64,000 bases of DNA, taken from the IMG/VR virus record IMGVR_UViG_2848385391_000003. One strand, 5' to 3'. Origin of the DNA: a virus (lineage: Duplodnaviria > Caudoviricetes). Positions 59,473 through 64,000 of the stretch are shown here, piece by piece. Position numbers and translations under genes: made by a program. Below the pieces are notes generated by a model, which worked only from the letters and a program-made list of their open reading frames with translations, did no database searches and was not told the DNA's origin. Within the stretch, counting starts at the first letter, position 1. Each line of letters begins with the position of its first letter.

Positions 59473-60241
59473 GCGCCCTCGCGTACTACGATCAGCAAAA
59501 CTCAACCGTCGAGCCGAAGTCGCTTACCGCAATCAGTTGTTGAGCCTGGTGAAACAGATGCATCAGCGCGTTAAAGAAGAGATTTTGCCGATCTTGAAAG
59601 AACCAGAGGACGGCTATACGCAGGATGCGTTATCAGAATCGCTGGTTCAACGGATTCAAGCCGCGTTAGAGCGTGTGTCTCGAGCCTTTCTAGCGTTGAT
59701 TGCCCACGCACACCGTTGGGCGCAACGCATGGTCAAGCAGGTCGATGAAGACAACCGCACGGCGCTGATTGGCAGTATTCGCTATGCCTTTGGCATCGAT
59801 ATCGCCCCATTACTGAATGTTCCAACGCTCAATGCACCCTTGCAGTTAGCTATGGCAACGAATGTGCACTTGATCCGGTCGATTTCACAGCGCTATTTTG
59901 AGCAACTGCGCACTTCCGTTTTAACCGGAGTCTTGGAAGGACGGCGCTATACCGAACTCGCTAAAGACATTAAGAAATTGACCGGTGCCACCGAAAAGCG
60001 TGCGCGCCTGATTGCCCGTGATCAAACCGCTAAAACCCATGCGGCGATTGCCCAAGCCCGTCAAACCGCATTGGGCATTACCGAATACGAATGGCAAACC
60101 AGTGGCGATGAACGCGTACGAGACAGTCACGCGGATAACGATGGCAAACGGTTTAAGTGGGAGACCCCACCCGAGTCCGGCCACCCAGGCCACGAGATTG
60201 CTTGCCGCTGTGTCGCCTTACCCATTATTGACTTAACATGA
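59408..60241 (+). CDS. Head morphogenesis protein
   Basis: Homolog of 16170..17003. Confidence 0.9.
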   Translation: MNLTLPALIKAHLKHTTKRQSKRPRVLRSAKLNRRAEVAYRNQLLSLVKQMHQRVKEEILPILKEPEDGYTQDALSESLVQRIQAALERVSRAFLALIAHAHRWAQRMVKQVDEDNRTALIGSIRYAFGIDIAPLLNVPTLNAPLQLAMATNVHLIRSISQRYFEQLRTSVLTGVLEGRRYTELAKDIKKLTGATEKRARLIARDQTAKTHAAIAQARQTALGITEYEWQTSGDERVRDSHADNDGKRFKWETPPESGHPGHEIACRCVALPIIDLT

Positions 60242-61335
60242 TCGAAATTCTAGATAGCCAGCCCTCTGAGCGAACCTACACGCCAGAGGGTTTTTTAATT
60301 GCGCCCGCCAAACTCGCACGCAGCGGGATTCAATCGTATCGCGCCATCGAGTTTGCTGACGGATCCGGCGATCCGATGCGCATTCTCAATATCTATCGCC
60401 CGCCTGAAGAAGTCTTTGCGCCCGACTCTCTGGCTTCTTATGAAGGCGCGCCGCTCACCAACGACCATCCACCCTCTTTCTTTGTCACAGCCGATAACTG
60501 GCGGCATCTCGCGCTGGGCTTTGTGCGCAATATCCGGCAACAAGAGGGCTACGTGGTCGGTGATTTAGTGGTGCAGGACAAAAGCACCATTGCCCTCATT
60601 GAAAGCGGCAAGGTGGGCCTTTCCGCCGGTTATCAATCCAACAAAGAGATGATCTCTGGCGTGACCCCAGATGGGCAGCCCTATGACGGCATCCAGAAAA
60701 GTATTCGCGTCAACCATATCGCACTCACGCGCACCCCTCGTTGCGGGCCCACCTGCCGCATTGAAGATTCTAACCCTAACGGAGAAATGATGACCTCTGA
60801 TTCTGATCAAACCACGACGCAAAGCACCGACACAACAGTGACCGCTCAAACAACTGATGTGCCTTGCCATGATTGCGGCGAAATACAAAACCAAATGGAT
60901 GCGCTAACCCAAACCATCCAAAAGCTCGAAACCGAAAACCAAAGCCTACGCCAGAAAGAAGCTACTCCTGCCGTACGCGATGCCTGGATTGCCGATTGGG
61001 CTGAAACCGTGACCGATGCTAAGCAGTTAATGCCCACTCTTCAGACAGCAGATAAAAGTTGTCATGCGATTCGGCACGAAGTGGTTAAGCAGCTTTATCC
61101 GAAGCACAAACCCGTAGTCGATGCGCTGCTCGCCGGACACACGCTCGATAACGCCGACGAGGTCATGATTCAACGCGCTTTTAAAGTGTTAAGCGCGATA
61201 CCTCAAGGCACCCCACGCCGTGATCCGGTTCTAGATGCACTGAACACCCAACTGAACACCGATAGCCGCCCGTTAGACCCACAGACTGCCCGCACGCAAT
61301 ACATTCAGCAGCTACAAGCGACCTATACCGCTTAA
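60238..61335 (+). CDS. DUF2213-like prohead protease/scaffold
   Basis: Homolog of 17000..18100. Confidence 0.8.
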   Translation: MIEILDSQPSERTYTPEGFLIAPAKLARSGIQSYRAIEFADGSGDPMRILNIYRPPEEVFAPDSLASYEGAPLTNDHPPSFFVTADNWRHLALGFVRNIRQQEGYVVGDLVVQDKSTIALIESGKVGLSAGYQSNKEMISGVTPDGQPYDGIQKSIRVNHIALTRTPRCGPTCRIEDSNPNGEMMTSDSDQTTTQSTDTTVTAQTTDVPCHDCGEIQNQMDALTQTIQKLETENQSLRQKEATPAVRDAWIADWAETVTDAKQLMPTLQTADKSCHAIRHEVVKQLYPKHKPVVDALLAGHTLDNADEVMIQRAFKVLSAIPQGTPRRDPVLDALNTQLNTDSRPLDPQTARTQYIQQLQATYTA

Positions 61336-61361
61336 CTTTTTTATTCAATCAGGAGTTTTTT

Positions 61362-61871
61362 ATGTCAATTCAACTCGCCGACTATGGTGATGCACAGCTC
61401 GAGCGGGGTATCCCTGGACTCGAGGCCGATAATGGCCCCAACAGTATTGTGAACCGCCGTAATGCCAGTACCGCTGAGATTGACTTTGGTTTAGCAGTTG
61501 CCGCAGGTGCTGACGCAGATACTGCGGTGTTGCCTTCTACAGGCTGCCGCATCATCGGTTTAAGCGTGCGCCACGCTACGATGCAAGCGAATCAAACCGG
61601 CAACGTCAGCTATGCGCCCAAAGCTACCGTACCCGTCATGGAAATTGGACGGCTATGGGCCATCGCTAAAAACCCTGTCAGCCCAGGTGACGCAGTGACG
61701 ACCGACGCGACGGGCGCACTCTCCACCGGCACGGCAATAGCCGTCCCTGGCGCTCTATGGGAAACCCAAGCCGCGGCCGGAGCGATTGCGCGCGTGCGGA
61801 TTAACCTCCTCCCCCCTATGCCCGCCGCCTCCAGCTCGTCTAAAAAGACTACCTCAACCCAAGTTGAATAA
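61362..61871 (+). CDS. Head decoration/cement protein
   Basis: Same translation as 18127..18636. Confidence 0.65.
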   Translation: MSIQLADYGDAQLERGIPGLEADNGPNSIVNRRNASTAEIDFGLAVAAGADADTAVLPSTGCRIIGLSVRHATMQANQTGNVSYAPKATVPVMEIGRLWAIAKNPVSPGDAVTTDATGALSTGTAIAVPGALWETQAAAGAIARVRINLLPPMPAASSSSKKTTSTQVE

Positions 61872-61901
61872 CCCCCCCTTCTTCTTTTATTCTATTGAAT
61901 T

Positions 61902-62870
61902 ATGCCGAACAAAATTCTTGCTGATGCGCTCAGCCGCACGTCTATTTTCCAAGACGCCAGCCTTATCCAAGATTCCTCTCAAGCCCTGGCTTTCTTAACC
62001 GGACAACTCGAATCTGTTGAAACACAGATTTACCAAAAAAAGCGTGCTCTTCTGGATTATGAAGCGCTGCTACCGATCTCAACCTCTGCCGGCCAATGGG
62101 CCACTTCGATTACCTATCGCATGAAGGATTTTGCCGGCCAAGGCCAGCGCCATAGCGGCAAAGGCGACGATATTCCTCGGGTCGATGTTCATTATGATAC
62201 AAAATCCATACCGGTCATCTCAGGCTCAATTGGCTATGCGTATACTTTTAACGAATTGCGCATGTCCGCTAAATTAAACTTAGCCATTGACCAAGATCGG
62301 GCTGAGGCCGCTTTTTATGCCTATCGCGCTCATCTCAACCAGGTAGGATTGTTTGGCGAAAAAGAACTCACCGGTTTATTCAACTCTCCCTTTGTCCCTC
62401 AAGTCCAAGCCGGTGTCGGTAGCTGGACAACAGCGACGCCTGAACAGGTTTTAAAAGAACTCAACGAAGTGATTACGCAAGTCTGGACACAGACCAAGCG
62501 CAATAGCACACCCAATACGATCATTTTGCCTGGGGCGCACTACGCGCATCTTGCCAGCACACCGCGCAGCAAAGGATCGGATAAAACCATTTTGCAATAC
62601 GTGCGCGAGAACAATATCGCCAAAGCCGAAAAAAATATCGATATTGACTTTCGAGGCGGGATTGACCTCGATCGCGCAGGTCAAAATCAAAGCACACGGA
62701 TGATGGTTTACGAGAAAGATCCCGTCAATCTCGCCTTTCATATCCCCATGCCGCTGATGTTCCATGCGCCAGAGCAACGCGGATTGGAATTACTCATCAA
62801 CGGCGAATACAAATACTCCGGTGTTGAATTCCGTTATCCGAAGTCCGCTTTGTATATCGATGGGATTTAA
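61902..62870 (+). CDS. Major capsid protein
   Basis: Same translation as 18667..19635. Confidence 0.85.
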   Translation: MPNKILADALSRTSIFQDASLIQDSSQALAFLTGQLESVETQIYQKKRALLDYEALLPISTSAGQWATSITYRMKDFAGQGQRHSGKGDDIPRVDVHYDTKSIPVISGSIGYAYTFNELRMSAKLNLAIDQDRAEAAFYAYRAHLNQVGLFGEKELTGLFNSPFVPQVQAGVGSWTTATPEQVLKELNEVITQVWTQTKRNSTPNTIILPGAHYAHLASTPRSKGSDKTILQYVRENNIAKAEKNIDIDFRGGIDLDRAGQNQSTRMMVYEKDPVNLAFHIPMPLMFHAPEQRGLELLINGEYKYSGVEFRYPKSALYIDGI

Positions 62871-63233
62871 ATGGCCATTACACCGGCTGACGTTAAAGCG
62901 CGCTTTCCTGTGCTCGATGCGGTGGAAGAGGCACAGCTTCAACTGCTGATTGATGATACGCGCCCCTTCTTTAATATCGAACGTTGGGGCGCGTTTTATC
63001 CGCGGGGGGCCTGTCTATTGGTCGCACACTTCTGGAGCATGCAGCAGAAAGTCGACAAGGGCGAAACCGCTCCAGTTCATGCCATTACATCTCGTAAAGC
63101 CGGCGAGGTTCAGCTTAACTATGCGTCCCCGAGCCCGCTAGAGATGCAAGATGCTTGGCTCGCAGCCACCAGCTACGGTCAACAATATCTTAGCTTGCGC
63201 AAACAGGTGGGCTTTGGCGCGCTCGTGGTGTGA
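62871..63233 (+). CDS. Head-tail adaptor (DUF4054-like)
   Basis: Same translation as 19636..19998. Confidence 0.75.
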   Translation: MAITPADVKARFPVLDAVEEAQLQLLIDDTRPFFNIERWGAFYPRGACLLVAHFWSMQQKVDKGETAPVHAITSRKAGEVQLNYASPSPLEMQDAWLAATSYGQQYLSLRKQVGFGALVV

Positions 63234-63697
63234 CGATGAACTTTTCTAAATTGGATGGGCTGCTCAATCGAATCAAAGCGTTGGGCCAGAAAGAAATCTA
63301 TGTCGGCGTCATTGCCAAAACTGCGCCACGCAAGGATCAAAAGGCCCGTTTCAGTAACGCTCAAATCGCTGCTGTGCATGAATTTGGCGCACCCAATAAA
63401 GGCATTCCCGCACGGCCCTTTTTAAGATCGACGTTGATTCGAAATAAGCAGGTCTATACCGATGCACTCGCCACACAACTGCGTAAGGCCGTCAGGCAAA
63501 AGCAATCGCCTGAACAAGCCTATCAGCAGGTGGGCTTTAAAGCCGCTCAAGACGTCCAACATGAAATCCGCCACGGCTCTCATGCGCCCCTCAAGGCTAC
63601 GACAATCCAGCGCAAAAAGTCCAGCCAGCCACTGATCGATATTGGCCAACTGCACCAGTCGATCACTTCTATCGTGCGAGAGGTCAATGAATCTTAA
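63230..63697 (+). CDS. Neck/tail completion protein
   Basis: Homolog of 19995..20462. Confidence 0.75.
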   Translation: MTMNFSKLDGLLNRIKALGQKEIYVGVIAKTAPRKDQKARFSNAQIAAVHEFGAPNKGIPARPFLRSTLIRNKQVYTDALATQLRKAVRQKQSPEQAYQQVGFKAAQDVQHEIRHGSHAPLKATTIQRKKSSQPLIDIGQLHQSITSIVREVNES

Positions 63698-64000
63698 GGC
63701 ACTCTTTGATGAAAGTGAACTGACGCAGCGCATCACCCTTTCCCGCCGCTATGGCCAGCACCATCCCGACCATGGCGAGTGGTTAGAACAGTATTACATG
63801 CTTGAGGTCACCGCGATTGTCTATCCCGCCGGTCAGGACGATCTTTTAAAGCTTCCTGAAGGCGAGCGCTATTTGCCCGCGATTCGGATTTTGAGCCAAG
63901 ACCCCCTGATCGAAGGCGATATTGCATTGCATCAAAACCATCGTTGGCGCTTAACTCAGCTCTCTAATTTTGCTCACTATGGCTACTACGACGCAACAGC
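63687..64000 (+). CDS. Head-closure-like protein (partial, runs off window)
   Basis: MNLKALFDESELT start, as at 20452. Confidence 0.7.
   Translation, partial: MNLKALFDESELTQRITLSRRYGQHHPDHGEWLEQYYMLEVTAIVYPAGQDDLLKLPEGERYLPAIRILSQDPLIEGDIALHQNHRWRLTQLSNFAHYGYYDAT

Larger units (their letters stand above)
38869..64000. mobile_element. Prophage 2, related heteroimmune prophage, right end outside window
   Basis: Integrase/excisionase, then genes collinear and homologous with P1. Confidence 0.92.

Noticed and set aside
43888-64000. P2 as a pure assembly duplication of P1
   Set aside because: Different immunity and recombination modules, IS and TA presence/absence, and many synonymous differences show two distinct elements

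Overview
The window holds two related but mosaic lambdoid-organised myovirus prophages in tandem. Prophage 1 (P1, <1..~38868) is seen from its leftward early genes through immunity, replication, head, contractile tail and lysis. Prophage 2 (P2, ~38869..>64000) runs from its integrase to the neck genes. They meet at a 3' half of tRNA-Ser(CGA) (38807-38868) with integrase arm-like repeats on both sides, i.e. an attP-like tandem junction. The main cargo flanks this junction: a 1687-aa TPR/TIR-like/NACHT/pentapeptide/WD40 NLR-like protein with 12 near-identical 126-bp repeats that vary mainly at a few positions, and an ~884-aa protein with the same pentapeptide-WD40 chassis but an N-terminal F-box-like motif. 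Together they look like a phage-borne module for interacting with a eukaryotic host. The architecture suggests a Mycoavidus-like endofungal Burkholderiaceae symbiont, but that is inference. Both phages carry a 2-hydroxycarboxylate transporter in the early operon; the P2 copy is disrupted by an IS4-family element. They have different repressors and operators and swapped recombination modules. Comparing the two copies also reveals unannotated signals: an antisense G.U-rich hairpin between terL and portal, triple repeats with identical spacing before terS, and an ATGA-coupled antisense frame bridging an inverted DUF1640-like gene. All product calls come from motif recognition and synteny; no database search was run.
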